NCBI GenBank assembly: GCA_976226885.1
Contig: OZ320317.1
Coordinates: 42,222,001 to 42,286,000 of the forward strand
DNA from: Iphione sp. A-MEVVRFRX5
Taxonomy: Eukaryota
Direction: 5' to 3'
DNA: 64,000 bases
Shown one piece after another: positions 1 to 14,300 of the stretch. The notes beneath the pieces are model-generated. The model searched no databases and was not told the DNA's origin. It worked only from the letters and a program-made list of their open reading frames with translations. The translations under genes were made by a program, and so were the position numbers. Positions within the stretch are counted from its first letter, which is position 1, and each line of letters starts with the position of its first letter.

Positions 1-351
1 TTTTCTTTCCTCAGCCTTGAGGCTTAGTTGGGCTTTGTGATCCTCACTTGGAGAGCCAAGGATGTGGTCAGGTGTCAGGATACAGGCATGGTGTACAAGT
101 ATTTCTTGAATGACATAACTGATCATGTGATTATTTATTTAATATATTTATGAAGTCTGAGAGTGAGTTTATATTGAAGTTAAATTATGAAAATTAGTAC
201 TTAGATCCCAGGCAGCACACAACGTTTTAAAATATTTTGCAACGTTATTATTTGGTTGCAACCATTTTGAGACATTTTAAAAACGTTTTTCCTAATATTT
301 CGAGGAGGGAGGTAGCACATCATGATTGTACTCCCTGTCTCTCTCTCTTCC

Positions 352-675
352 TAGAAGTCCCCACACCTGCACAGGTGTTACCCTTGTCTTTAGCCGTTCT
401 GCTGTCACTCTTAGAAGCCTGTACACCTTGTTAGGAGCTCCCAGTCGTTAACCATCCTCCTGTGGTCCTTAGAAGTCCCTGCACCTCATCAGGTGCTCCC
501 CCAGCCTTGACCATCCTTCTAGCTGTTGCTTTTGGAAGTCCTCACACCTCCTCAGGTCTTGTTCCTATTCTTGGCTGTCCTCCTGTCGCTCTTACAAGTC
601 CCCATGTCAAGTGTTATCCAGTCCTTGGCCATCCTATTGTCACTCTTAGAAGGTCACACACCTCACAAGGAGTAG
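352..675. repeat. Degenerate about 59-bp tandem repeat, about 5.5 copies
   Basis: TAGAAG(T)CC-type anchors at 352, 412, 470, 533, 593, 647, each followed by CACACCT...AGG...CCATCCT..TGT. Confidence 0.7.
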
Positions 676-1613
676 GTACAGTGATTTTGTTGACTATGCT
701 CAGCAACAATACTCAGTACATAGGTGCACCAGTCATTTAATAAACTAAGTGTGGAGAGAACATGCATGCTGAAACCTAGGTTTGAACCCTCCCCAAGCTC
801 AGATCTCAGATCTCAGATTATCAGAGTGCCTTTCCTATATATGTAAACGTGTTTGACCGCAAACAATGGTTTGTGCTGTTGCACAGTACCTGTGTAAAAT
901 CCACATATTTTACTCTAGCTGGTATAAACTTACAGGTGTATAATGCTAACATGGTTCTCAATGTAAAATTCTGTCTTAGAAGATATGTTTTATATCACTT
1001 GCTGGCAGATATTTCTAGACAAATTTTTGCTATTGATGATAGCTACAAAAATACCCTTTCGTATTCTTCATGCTATATATAACCTACATACTTGATCAAT
1101 TCATAAGATTTAAAAACCAGCATAACAACAGATCTTGACAAGGCAAGATATATAAAAATACTACAGAAGCATATCACATATGGCCCTGGATATGGTAAAT
1201 ATTTAAATGGCTGTAGCACTTTTGGGTGACAATATCCCTTCTAATTAATGAATGCCATTAAATCTTTGTGTCTGCTCCTTCATTTCTATGTTTAAGCTTG
1301 AGATTGACCAATGCAACTTTACGACAGTTACAGCAGAAGCTTATGCTATATGCCACGTTTTTTTCATTATGTCAAGAGTAGGGTTGGCACATTTGTTTCC
1401 ATCAGGTGAAAAAAGGATAAAAAATGCACACAAAATTACTTCATATAATAGATTTTGTCCACCAAAAGCAAACATAAATAGGAATAAAACACAAAAAAAT
1501 GCCAAGAAAATGACATCTTAGTGTGCTTATCTAAAGAACAGTTGGATTTTATATAAATTTATACATATTCATTCGATAAACAACAGGGAACTATACATCT
1601 ACAGTCAGTTTTT

Positions 1614-2054
1614 ATAACTCTAATGATGGACAGCAGACATGCAAGTACGTTGTCACACATCTGTGGGTTGTGGTCGAAACCATCACCCCTTAATTACTGA
1701 ACATATCTACAATGGCAACTGTGAAATATCAGCTTGAAGAAGAGAAAACAAGAAGAAATTCTCGAAGGGTTGATCATTCCCCCCTACTATACACAGTAGC
1801 TGCTTGCAGCTCAGGATATCAAACCCAACTGCCTTTAGGGTGTTTGCCGCTTGGTTACTGTTGCTGGATTGGCTCATACATGCCCTCCAGGGCTGGACAA
1901 TAGCAGTGGCTCCCTCTGTAGTTGCTGGCGGGAGAGTTATTGTTATAAAATATCTTCCATAATTGTACAAATCATAAGTCTAATGATGGACAACAGACAG
2001 GTTAGTAGATTGCCATGTGCACAAAAGTGCGGGTTGCAGCCGAAACCACCACCC
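1614..2054. repeat. Diverged direct repeat, two about 75-80-bp copies 360 bp apart
   Basis: TCTAATGATGGACA(G/A)CAGACA...GGGTTG...CGAAACCA(T/C)CACCC at 1614-1690 and 1974-2054. Confidence 0.6.
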
Positions 2055-3247
2055 AAGCCCACAAAATGACTGATAGACGGAAAAAACCGATTGATGTTAG
2101 ACACAACCCACCTTTTTATACGTGGAGAGCTTTGATAGTATCTGCGCCTTTTAGAACATTTAACCCCTTTTTACTAGCCGCAGATTTAGTCATCTAACGG
2201 AGGACTGCAGATGAATTAGGAATATCTCTAAACTTAATTTATTTTCCAAAATATTCTTTCATGATATAGTTATCATTAGGCAGTGATTCTAAACTAGTAT
2301 ACTTGAACCTTTTGTAAAGTTCTGGAAGGATGCGGTAGTATAAACATAGTTCTAAAATTGAATCAAGAAGAAACCTAAGGTGATTTCCAAGTAATTCCAA
2401 CAGTCTAGAAAGTAATTATGCTAATATTCTAGACAAAGATATTTACATTGAGCTGTCTTTACCTATCTCTTTAAACGTTCAGTTTTAGTTTACTTATATT
2501 TCCCTAACATTCGGGTTTGGGAGTATCTTTGGCCATTGAACAGTTTCATGCTCAAATCACATAAAGAAAATTAGTTCACCGTTCTATTATGCTATATTGT
2601 ATCATCAAGTATTACTCCTCTGATATTATCTAGAAATTCCCTCTTTGTTACAGTGAATTAGCATTAATTCAGTGTAATTAACTTTGGTATTGACTTCTCC
2701 TTGAGAATCTCAACCTATGCTTCGATGCTTTAAGCCTACTAGTACCAAACTGAATGCAGATTTCTAATTAACTTTCATGTCTAGACATTCTGTATATCTA
2801 CAGAGCCAACTGAATTAGAATTACTTATTTTAGCTTCTCCTATCCCCCCCTAAAAAATCTGAAATAAATTATTTGTAACGAAACAGACTGAGTTTTTATA
2901 ATAAGGGGTGACTTTATATTTTTCTACTTAGGAAACGGGCATCATGGTGTCAAAGAAGCAATACACTTCGCTGAGGAGGATCTCCTATCGTGGCCTCACT
3001 CAGCATCTCACCTTTGGTCCCTTTTATCTTACCTCTCACCTACTATGGTGGCAACTCTCATTACTGAGTTCCCACCTCAGCGCAAGAACCAGTTTACACT
3101 TCAGTGTGGACCTGCCCTCAAGGGGAAGGAACGCTGTAACATCGTAGAACAAAATTTGCATCTGTGGTCAAAGTGAAAGGTTGTCTTTATAGTACAGAGT
3201 TCTTCGTGCGAAGGTCCAGTGTGTTAGAGTGAAGGTCACCCTTTCCA

Positions 3248-3421
3248 CTATGATGGGTCTATAGAATATTGAGATAGTCGAGGACAATCATCACCAACGC
3301 CATCGATGTTATTGTGAGGGGCAGATTTGTGAGGAAGGCAGACGATCAATGGGCATGTACAGGTGGCGTCATCCTTGTCATTCTGAAGGTCGTGTTTAAC
3401 CTCAATGGTGACGAGGGCCAC
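3248..3421 (-). other. Possible orphan terminal coding exon
   Basis: Strong acceptor cttttctgtttgactctcacag followed by 57 open codons (VALVTIEVKHDLQNDKDDATC...IDPS*). No recognisable homology. Confidence 0.2.
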
Positions 3422-4478
3422 CTGTGAGAGTCAAACAGAAAAGTGCATAAAGGGGTTAGTAAAGTTGCTTACAGATGGCCAGCGCCAGTACCACGGTTAG
3501 GTTTTGCTCATGAAACGTGAAACTAGCCATGGTTTGATTACTGTTACTGTATTTATGTCATGAACAAAACCATGTATTAGTAAATCACTTTAAATATACA
3601 CCTTACAAACATTTGAAAATCACAATATCATATACTTTGTGGTGCACATTTGATACAACTTTATTGACAGAATGATCTGAAATTACAGACGTCAGCCTCT
3701 ACTAACTGTATTTATAAATCTCAAACCAACCTTTAATCCAGATTCACCTATGATGATCCATTATTTTAGCTCGCTAACACCTTATATAAGTGCAATTATT
3801 ATACAATATGACAATTGTGAATTTAACCGAAGATGGATATGTTCATAGTGGATATCCAGTGCACCCTTACCGTATGGTCCACCCCTTTCTCTTGAAACAT
3901 TCTTTTAGATTATATATTTATTAGAACTAACCAACGAGGTAAATACCCAGAGGAAACCAGGCCACCTGTTAATTTTACGATGAGGCACTGATTCTGTTTC
4001 TATGGCGTCCTTGTCGCCAGGAGAAATAAAGTTTTATCTAGGCAGCGCGGATGACCAGGCAAGCAATGCCAATTACTGCTCTTGTGTTATTTAATTCTAC
4101 ACGCGTTCTTGGTCTTTTTTTTTGGGGGGGGGAGGGGAGGGAAGAGTTATCAGTATCACCTTTCAGCCATAAGTGGCTTTCAAGCAATATTGGGATATTT
4201 CCCGCTTGCTATTACCAATTAGTTTGGGCGCGGACGTTAATGATATGTTCCACACATGTAAAATTTTTCATAATTCGTAAATATAGATGCAATACTGAAA
4301 AAACGTGAACCAGCAATTTACCCAGTATGCGACAAGCGGCCTCCAAATTGGTCATTAAATACCCACTAACATTCCTAGACTTCAATACATGTATCTTACC
4401 TTTGTATCCATATCAACTATATACATGTACAAACATGCAGTCCGGGGCAAAATGTTTACTAACGTTATCTCCTGACAG

Positions 4479-4527
4479 TTTCATTATGACCGCATCTATA
4501 CGATGACGTAAAGAATGTTTCCTGAAG
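4479..4527 (+). other. Orphan 49-nt plus-strand exon-like segment
   Basis: TACTAAC branch motif (4457-4463), acceptor atctcctgacag, consensus donor AAG|GTAAGT. Read-through is blocked in all three frames; only an internal ATG (MFPE, phase 1) is open. Confidence 0.4.
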
Positions 4528-4974
4528 GTAAGTTTTTCTAATATTGGACTGACAAGGAGTCTGCAATCCATATGAGATGCAGCTAAGGAAGAATATGTAG
4601 AATTTATGTAAATGTCTACAGATTATGTATATTGTCCTTATATTCTAGCCTATGCCTGACTATTCATGTGCGTAGTCTGCTCTAGTTTCCCATAAAATTC
4701 GGTATATTATGTCGTTGAGGCTGTGCCCTGCATTTTAGTATTCAAGAAATGGCTTTCCGCATAATTTTCCTCCAAAGTGTGTTACCGGTTCTAGCCTCTC
4801 TGGAGCTTTTCGGTTTTTATTATTTATTTTGAAACATTAGTGACTCCTGGCAGGTTAATTAACCAACCACATTAATCAGCAATCCCAGACGTCAGCAGAA
4901 TAAACTTCGGGACGCCATGTCTCATCACAAGGTGGCAGTAGCTTGTCCTTTTAGCCTCCCTCGAGGAGGACAAT

Positions 4975-5010
4975 ATTTTGGATGACCCCTATTTAGGGGT
5001 CATCCAAAAT
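4975..5010. repeat. Perfect 16-bp inverted repeat with 4-nt spacer
   Basis: ATTTTGGATGACCCCT-attt-AGGGGTCATCCAAAAT; the arms are exact reverse complements. Confidence 0.9.
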
Positions 5011-8000
5011 GGACAAAATTATCGACCTACGCCTTTTCACTATAAAATGGCCAGGCTTTTCTGTAGAAAAAATGTCTTCCATCGACCGGAAAAATATAAC
5101 GTTAATGTAAATTGGGATTTCAATGGTAGACATTCTGGGGTATCCTCCTGATGACCATGTTTAGTATCAAGCAACGTTCAAATAATAAATGAGGGTCGCT
5201 TCGGAATGTGCTTTCAGGATTGTGTTGCCTGATATTGTCGAAGCCAAAAATGTATTATAAATCTCTGCATGTCTACGTCACTGAGTTTCATTAATTTAGA
5301 TTACATCACTGACATCTGATTGGTAATATCCTCTGATGATTTTCCATGCGGGAAATGCCGAAACAAAATTAAACAGTTATCTAGCAAACAGATAATATAC
5401 TTCTGACTTCGTTGTCATTTGGGAAACCTTTTGCCACATAGCCCTGCACATCTATTACAGTGCAGTACTTATAATTGCATCAAACTGCATTTTAACATTT
5501 CAAGTTTGATTTTCACATTGTGGAAAATATGCCACAAAAATATACTGAATATGTAGATGTCAGGCAGCACCTCTACTTTGAAGATTGTAAAGATCACGCA
5601 TTCCCGTGTATATCACAAATGTCTAAACTCCGGTATTGTTGGCTGTTATTGCTACTGGTTATTGAAACCAGCATTTACAGTCAGTTCTATTAAATACACT
5701 CATATTGACATCACAATATTGCTCTGGGCAAGTATCACTGTCTGATTGACGGTCGTTGCTAATATGATGAGACAGCGTACCTACTGATTGATCCGAGAAA
5801 ATTAGACCGTTTTCGGCGTAGTGTCTACTGTGTCTGTAATGTCTCTTTGAAAACTGGATATGTGAAGAGTAGGCCTAAATTCTGTCTCTGAATCAATCAA
5901 AAAATGTCTAAACTTCAGTATTGTTGGCCTAAATATTGATATAGGCCTAAATTCTGTCCACATGATGTCCCACTCTTATCTAGCAGTTCTCCATATGCCA
6001 CACATATATATGCATAAAAACAGCGTCCTATATGCACAGTCTACCAAGAGTTTCACATTCGCTGAAGTGAACCTCCTAGTCCCCCTTCACAATACGTCAT
6101 AGCAAGCGAAGTAACAGTTACCCTTCTATCAAGGGACGCCAACTTCGACAAGACCGCTTGACACTTTGTCCGTTCTGGTAGGTCAGCCCATCTTTTAACG
6201 CCTTGGTGGCGCAGAAAGTTTGCATACTTGCTGGACCTAGGTTTACCTAAGCAGCCTCGTATCCCCTTACCTCTTCTTGTGCAGAAACCCCCGTGCCTTA
6301 CCAATAATTTCATTCGCATCAACCTGTGTATGGATGCTAATCCTCGCCATTCGATCAACTTGCTCACACGGTCTATGCCTATCTTTTTTGCAGTTGTGCC
6401 ACACTTTTGCCGTGTTTGTCAACAATTCTGCACACACGCATCGATTAAGATGGATTTGTAGCTTGCTTTTGTCGGAAGCGCACAGCCCATACTTATAAAC
6501 CTGTTTGTTTGTCCACTGTTCACTGAGTACGTGCTACCTGTGTGTCACCAATTTCGTCAATTAGTGTGTCAACGAAGTACTTGTCAGTGGATCTACTTGT
6601 CATTTATTATCTATCTATCAACATCTTTTTGTGGCATCCCATGTTGATTGGGTATTCAGAGTGTGCTCCTCAAATATGGCATACGTAGGAGCCAAAGACA
6701 AGCAAACTTGCATACCGTGAAAGTCAATGGCAACTTTGAATTTGTTTAGTAATCTCATAGATAAAATTGAAATAGTTCAAATGTTGTGAGAGGCCAAATA
6801 TGATTGTATGATGTATAGACAATCTTTGAACAGTTTGCTAATACCAGAAGCACTAAAGTCTTGTCTGTGTTGGTTTCCAATAGGCTGAGCTATAACCTAA
6901 AAGATGAGGTGAATTGCCAAAAGTATGCTACTACTTGTTTACTTCTTTGTATACAAAGCTCACCCTCTGCATATCTGAGAACTGAGATTTGCTGTACACC
7001 TATCAGTTAGTTAATTGGCCAGTCAGTGAATGCCTATGTGTACAGGACAGTAGAATATCACGTAAGGTCTATCAGCTGCACTGTTTCCTAATTTGTAAGT
7101 CATAATACTACTTGATTTACTTGTCATTCTATTGGTCTTCGAGTTAATCTGTTATCAGTCCATCAATAGCTTCGTAAGTAGGCATGTTAGTGAAAAATTA
7201 GTTCGTCCAGTCCATTTATACCTATATATTTGAAATGTTTTACTATCCAATAAAATATAATATGTGTGTCTATCTGTGGGTTGGCCTCTCAATTTATCCC
7301 TGTAGGTCTGCCATTCATCTAGTCAATGAATGTCTACCTCCTGTACAAGTTAATCTAGACCTATGTACATTGTTCTGTTTAACAATGTATCATGACGTCT
7401 TTTGCACTGGGCTCCCAATCCACCTTCATCACTGCGGGAATCAACCTGTCAGCCAAACCCTAAAACTGCTCAAAATGTTTGCTGAAAGTTCTACAAAGTC
7501 TTTTATCAGTTGCCTTGTAAACTGGTATGTTACAAAATATTTCTGTCCAGCTGTCCATCAATCGGTTTGCTATCAGGTGGTTACTATATTGTCATTAAAT
7601 CTGCCCTTCAAGTACTGGTCACTTGAATTTTTTGTCAATCAATGTGTCAATGTTATCGATAAGAAGGTAACATGCCAATCTTTCAAAAAGCTTGTCATAA
7701 CCACCATCTACCTGAACCTTGTAATCCAACAATAATTCCAGCCTAGAAATTGTCAAAATGTTGGTTCCCAATTTAAATAAGTTACGTTTTCTATCACTTT
7801 TGCTGTTACCTAGTGTACCTAGTGTATGTGTAGATCTGTAAATAAATATAGCTATGTTTCATTCTATGCGTTCCTCAGCCCAACTCTTGTCGGTTTGTCA
7901 TGAAAGAATCAAATGTAAGTGGTCTATCAAAACGTTTGTCAATGCGATCTATCTTTTCAAGACTTGGGATCTTAGTCTATTTCAGCATGTAACCATAGAG

Positions 8001-9399
8001 TTTATCCTTTACTGAATATGGTCCAAAGGCTTTCTCTTCAGTAACATCTATTAATCCATGCAAATCTGTTAGCACACTTCCGTCTGTGATTTCCTATTTA
8101 GTATGTAAGTAGATTTTAATGATTAACTGTTATAACATGATTAGTGATTGCATCTGTCAGATATTTCTCATGTGGTCTATCTATCAATCATTTTGCACGT
8201 AGTTATAGTAAATAAAGAAACTTTTCTGGCAAGCAGTCCAACAATCAGTCCGTTAACTGTCAACGGCTTCGTCAATAGGTGTGATTCTTAAGTAATGGTC
8301 AGTGAATCTACTTTGTGTTCTTTAGTTATCTTGTTATTATGTCAGTCCATCGGGTAAATCCATCACTACATCTGTCCAAATATCTCCAAAGTTAGCTTGT
8401 ATGTCTTGTCTCTGTGTCTGTCTTTCCATATATTTCACTCTCTGGTTTGTACTCCATTTTTGTGTCACACATGTTAGGTTATTAGCTGAGGTTTTAGTCC
8501 ACTGCGCATGTCCGAACTGACCCACTGAATATGCGATTGCCAGAAAATTAGTTGACTTCAAGTTCACGACATATTGATGTATTTTGAAAATCATAGAATT
8601 TAACCCTTATGTCTTTGATATGATTCTCATATACACTAATGTACTGAATTTAGTCTATTTGATTGTTTTAAGGGCTAAAATCACGTTTTAATATGGTATT
8701 TTTGTTATAACAACTCCAAACTTAAGATATGCACCATTTTGTATTTCCTAAAATCAAATCTAGAACTATTTGCTTTGGCCACCCAATAAAATTTATCACG
8801 CCAGCAAAAACGCCGTCGTTATAGTAAGAGAAAGTAATATCACGATCAAACATTTTAGAAAACCTTGTTCAAGTATACTTGTAAATGTTACTTTGGGTAT
8901 GTTGGACCAAACACTGATCAGCCCTTTGAGATGTAGTCCCGTCTGCTTCGCAGATTGGACCACATCTCTCAGGCTTCGTGTTTGGCTAACTCCTTAATTC
9001 TGTACACTTCCTTGCCTGTTCATATCCATGTGTCAGTCTGTCATTGTGTCAATTTCAGTTCTGCCTGGTATTCCTGTTACAAGTGATCACTCTATTCCTA
9101 TGGTACATCCTAAATCACACATGAACAGGATTACTTAAGGCTTATTGATCTGTGAGCCTTAAACACCATCTGACTCTGTCCCCTCCACTCATTCTTTCAC
9201 TTAGGTCTCATTTTGTGTTTATTAGACGGTGTTACTTACATTAGTCTGTGGCAATGCCTCATGCCTAATTCAATCGGTATGCTCACATGTGATTTATACC
9301 TCATTCTCTGCTTCTGTAATTGTGTTTCTTATATATCATTGCATAAGTATGTAATGGATCCTTTATACCTCATTCTATTCGCCTCAAATGATTTCTCTT

Positions 9400-11300
9400 C
9401 AGTTTCATTCTATCAGTCTACGGTAATATATATTATCTCTTAGTTTATCAGTCTGTACAGATATCTTCTACATTTTATTATATATGTCTGTAAATTTGTC
9501 TCTTCTGTCACAGTCTAATAGGCTTTACTTATATCATTAGGGTGCTATGCCACTAGCTAAAATTATGTTCCTGTTGTCTTCTTTGATTTAATTCTTCTAT
9601 CATCATTTCTCATTTTACATGGAGTATTTTCTGTCTCTCATATCTCATTCAGTCAGTTTTTAATCATATCTTTTAATTTCATTTTGACAGTCAGTACCTT
9701 TGTGTTGCATGTATCAATCTATCACTCTGTACTTTTATCAACTATGTCACATCCAATCAGTCTGTATATCATGACGCAAATGTCTCATCCTTTTTGTTTT
9801 ATATCTAACCTTCTATCAGACAGGAAGTTGTGTCAATCTTGTTAGATTCTAGTAGTCTATTATGTTGTCTTTGTTGCATTCTGTCAGTCTGTAATGATAT
9901 TTCATGTCTCAGTCTGTCAATCTGTATTGATCATTCTTAGGTGTCACAATATCAGTCTCTTGGATGTTTCTTTTGTCTCAATCCGTCAGTCTGTAGCTAT
10001 GTCCCGTATGTCTCAGTCTATCATTTTGTAATTTTTACTGTTTTTCCACATTTTATCAGTCTCCAAACATAACATATCATTTTATCAGGCTGTAATCATG
10101 CCTCTTACATACTGCTGTTCAACTGTCTCCTACGTTTCATTGTATCAGTCCCTACTGTTGTCTAAATTGTCTCCATCTATTAATCTATACCTGTCTCTTA
10201 TGTCAAATTCTATCAGCTGTAATTATGTGTCTTATCTATCTTTCATCAGGCTGTAACTATGTTTCTTTCTTTAAAATGAACTACTCTGTACTATGTCTCT
10301 TACATGTCATTATATCACTCTGTACTAACATCTCTTTTGCCTCAATCTGTCAGTCTATAATTGTGTCTCTTAAGTCATATTTTGTTAGTCCATCAGCCTG
10401 TAATTGAATCTGTCACATCCTATTCTATCATTCTGTCATGATGTCTTTAATAACTCATTCTAACAGTCTGTATTGTTGCCTTGTTGTGTAGGACTTTGTC
10501 TCCTACGGTTCTTTCTATTACATCTAACTGTTTTGTGTTACATTGTCTTTTATATCTTAATCAGTTTATAAATATGTTTCATATGTCTCAGTTTATCATT
10601 CTATACAGCTGTTTCTCAGGTCTCACTGTATTAGTCTCTACTGATGTCTCTGATGTTTCATTCTATCAGTTTGTAATCATTACATTACGTTGTACCACTC
10701 TGTCACTGCAATTCTTATGTTTCATTGTTTTAGTCTGTATTGATATCTCCTTTGTCTCATTCTCTCAATCTTTATTTGTGTCTTTCATGTCTCGTGCTAA
10801 TAGCCGACGCTAATAGTTTTGTCTCAGTCTATCATTTTTTAATCTTTATTGTTATGCCACTTTCTACAAGTCTCTGAAAATAACTTCCATGAATCATTCT
10901 GGCAGGCTGTAACAATATCCCAATAAATACTACTGTTGTTTAAGTGTGTCTCTTATCTTTCATTGAATCAGTCTGTACTATTGTCTCATTTGTCTCTATG
11001 AGTCTGTAACTGTGTCTGTAATCATACTCTCAATATCGTTCTTTTCGCCTTTAGTTATGTCTCTGACATTACCTTCTACCATAGTATAACTGTGTCTTGT
11101 TTGACTTATCAGCCTGTACTATAGTCTCATTTGTTTCATCTATCAGTCTATAGTTGAGTCTCTTCTGACACATTCTTCAAGTCTGTAATTATGTCTATGT
11201 TATGTTATTTGACTGTCATTATGTCCCGTTTTCATCACTCCATTAGTCTGTAATTGTGTCTCTCACATCAGATTCTGTCATTCTGTCATCATATCAGATA
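9400..11300. repeat. Degenerate about 35-bp subunit repeats flanking the satellite (also about 19900-21200)
   Basis: Recurring TCTGTCAGTCTGTAAT / TATCAGTCTGTA motifs at roughly 35-bp intervals without the 563-bp period. Confidence 0.65.
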
Positions 11301-14300
11301 TTTCTGATTCTAACAATCAGTAAAGTCATTCCCTCCTTCTATGATTTTGTCTCTTACATCTCATTCTGTTAGACTTCATTCTGTTAGTCACTTTGGCTGT
11401 ATCTAACAACAGTACATCAAGCTATAGTGAAGTTTCATACTTCCCAGTCTGTTATTCTGTACTCATCTTTTGTCAAAAAATAAGGCTCTCAGTCTGTCTG
11501 CATAATTCTGTCAGCTTATAATTATGTGTCTTATATCATTTTTTACCATACTCTAACTGTGTCTCATATCTATCCTTGTATCAGTCTGTACTGTTATTCC
11601 ATTTGTCCTAACATGTCAGTCTATAACTATGTGTCTTCTAACAAATTCTGTCAGTCTGTAGTCATATCTCTCACATATCATTCTGACTGGCTGTCATTAT
11701 GTGTCTTTTTTATCATTCCATTTGTCTCTCATTGTGTCTCTCATATCTTATTCTGTCATTCTGTCATCATGCCTGTTCTGTCCGATTCTAACAGTCTGTA
11801 ATCCTGACTCTAACAGTTTTTTATGTCTCATTCAATGAGACCTCATTCTGTTAGTCTCTTAGACTGTTTTTCTCAAAACAGGTCATCAATCTGTAGTCAT
11901 GTTTGATACCTCTCAGTCACTCATTTTGTACTGTTTTTTGAAGGTCTATTAATATCAATCTCTATTGATGTCTTTTATTGCTTGACTCTTTCAGTTTGTA
12001 ATGATGTGTCTTATATCACATTCAATTAGTCTGTAATCATGTCTCTTAGGTATTATTCTGTCAGCTTTTATTATGTGTTTTATATTAGGTTCTACCATTC
12101 TGTAACTGTGTCTCATATGTATCATAAAAACACATCATTATATCAGTCTGTATTATTGTTACATTTGTTGTTATATGTCAGTCCATAACTGTGTGTGATA
12201 TATCACATTCTATCAGTCTATAATCATATCTCTCATGTATCATCCTGTCAGGCTGTCATTCTGTCTTATTTCAGTATTCCATTAGTCTGTAATTGAGTCT
12301 TTCACATCTGATTCTGTCATTCTGTCATCGTGCCTATTATGTCTGATTCTAACAGTCTATATTGTCATTCCCTGATTCTATGATTTTATCTCTTTCCTCT
12401 CTTTCTATTAGAGTTCATTCTGTTAGTGTTTTAGACTGTATTTCTAAACACAGTTCATCAATCTGTAGTGAGGTCTCATAACTCTCAGTCTGGTATTTTG
12501 TACTGAACTTTTGTAGGTCGAATAGTGTCAGTCTCTATTGATGTCCTTTATGTTTAACCCTCTCAGCCTCTAATAATGTGTCTTATGTCATATTCAGTCA
12601 GTCTGTAATCATGTCTCTTGGTCATTATTCTGTCAGCTTATAATTATGTGTTTTATATCAAGTTCTACCACTCTGTAACTGTCCCATATATATCATAAAA
12701 ACATATCACTATATCAGTCTGTAATATTGTTCTATGTGTTGCTATATGACAGTCTATAACTGTGTGTCATATATCACATTCTGTCAGTCTGTAATCATTT
12801 CTCTTAAATATCAGCATGCCTATTATGTCTGATTCTAACAGTCTATATTGTCATTCCCTGATTCTATGATTTTGTCTCTTTCCTCTTATTCTATTAGAGT
12901 TCATTCTGTTATTCTCTTAGACTGAATTTCTAAACACAGTCCATCAATCTGTAGTGAAGTTTCATATGTCTCAGTTTGTAATTTTGTACTGGTCTTTTGT
13001 AGGTTGAATAGTATTAGTCTCTATTGATGTCTTTTCTGTTTAACCCTGTCAGTCTGTAATAATGTGTCCCATGTTACAGTCAATCAGTCTGTAATCATGT
13101 CTGTCATCCATTTTCTCATTAGGCTCTAATTTTCTCACTTATATCATGTTCTGCCATTCTGTAACTATGCCTTATATATATCATTGTATCAGTCTGTACT
13201 GTTGTCCTACTTGTCCCAATATGTCCGTCTATAACTATGTGTTCTTTACCACATTCTGTCAGTCTATAATCATATCTCTCATGTATCATTCTGTCAGGCT
13301 GTCATTATGTCTTTTTTCATTATTCCATTGGTAATTGTGTCTTTCACATCTGATGTTGTCATTCTGTCATTATGTCCATTTGTGTCTGATTCTAAAATTC
13401 TGTAGAGTCATTCCTCATTCTATGATTTTGTGTCTTATGTCTCAGTCTATGATACCTAATTTGGTTAGTCGCTTGGACTGTATTTCACAATACAGTTCTC
13501 CAATCTGTTGTGAGGTTTAATACTTCTTAGTAATTTTTTATTTGTCTTTTGTAGATCTAATAGTATCAGTCTCTATTGTTATCTTTTATGTTTAACCCTC
13601 TCATTCTCCAATGATGTGTCTTATGTTACATTCTAGCATTCTGTTATCATGTCTGTTATGCATTATTCTATCAGCTTATAATTATTTTTTTTATATCAAG
13701 TTCTACTATTCTGTAACTGTGTCTCATATATATCATAAAAATATATCATCATATCAGTCTGTAATATTGTCCCATTTGTTGCTATATGTCAGTTTAGAAC
13801 TGCGTGTCATATATCACATTCTGCAGTCTGTAATCATATCTTTCAAATATCATTCTGTCAGCCTGTCATTGTGTCTCTTTTTCATCATTCCCTTGGTCTG
13901 TCATCATGTCTTTCATATCTGCTTCTGTCATTCTGTCATTGTGCCTGTTATGTCTCATTCTAACAGTCTATATTGTCTTTCCCTGATTCTATGATTTTAT
14001 CTCTTTCCTCTCTTTCTATTAGAACTCATTCTGTTAGTCTCTTGGACTGTATTTCTAAATGCAGTTAATCAATATGTAGTGAGGTTTCATATGTCTCAGT
14101 TTCTCATTTTGTCCTCATCTTTTGTAGGTTGAATAGTATCTGTCTCTATTGATGTTTTTTCTGTTTAAACCTTTCAGTCTACAATAATGTTTCCCATGTT
14201 ACATTCAATCAGTCTGTAATCATGTCCGTCATGCATTTTCTCGTTAGGCTGTAATTTTCTCACTTATATCATGTTCTGCCATTCTGAAATTATGCCTTAT

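Noticed and set aside
1614-2054. CTAATGA...CGAAAC resembling Penelope-associated hammerhead ribozymes
   Set aside because: The core has A in place of the essential G5 (CTGATGA), and I could not build consistent stems.
5395-5450. Minus-strand LCGKRF / PNDNEV resembling a mariner transposase C-terminus
   Set aside because: Needs a frameshift, lacks the upstream YSPDLAP motif, and is too short.
6053-6498. Overlapping ORFs in a locally GC-richer patch
   Set aside because: No recognisable motif or splice signals; possibly a TE remnant, but unsupported.
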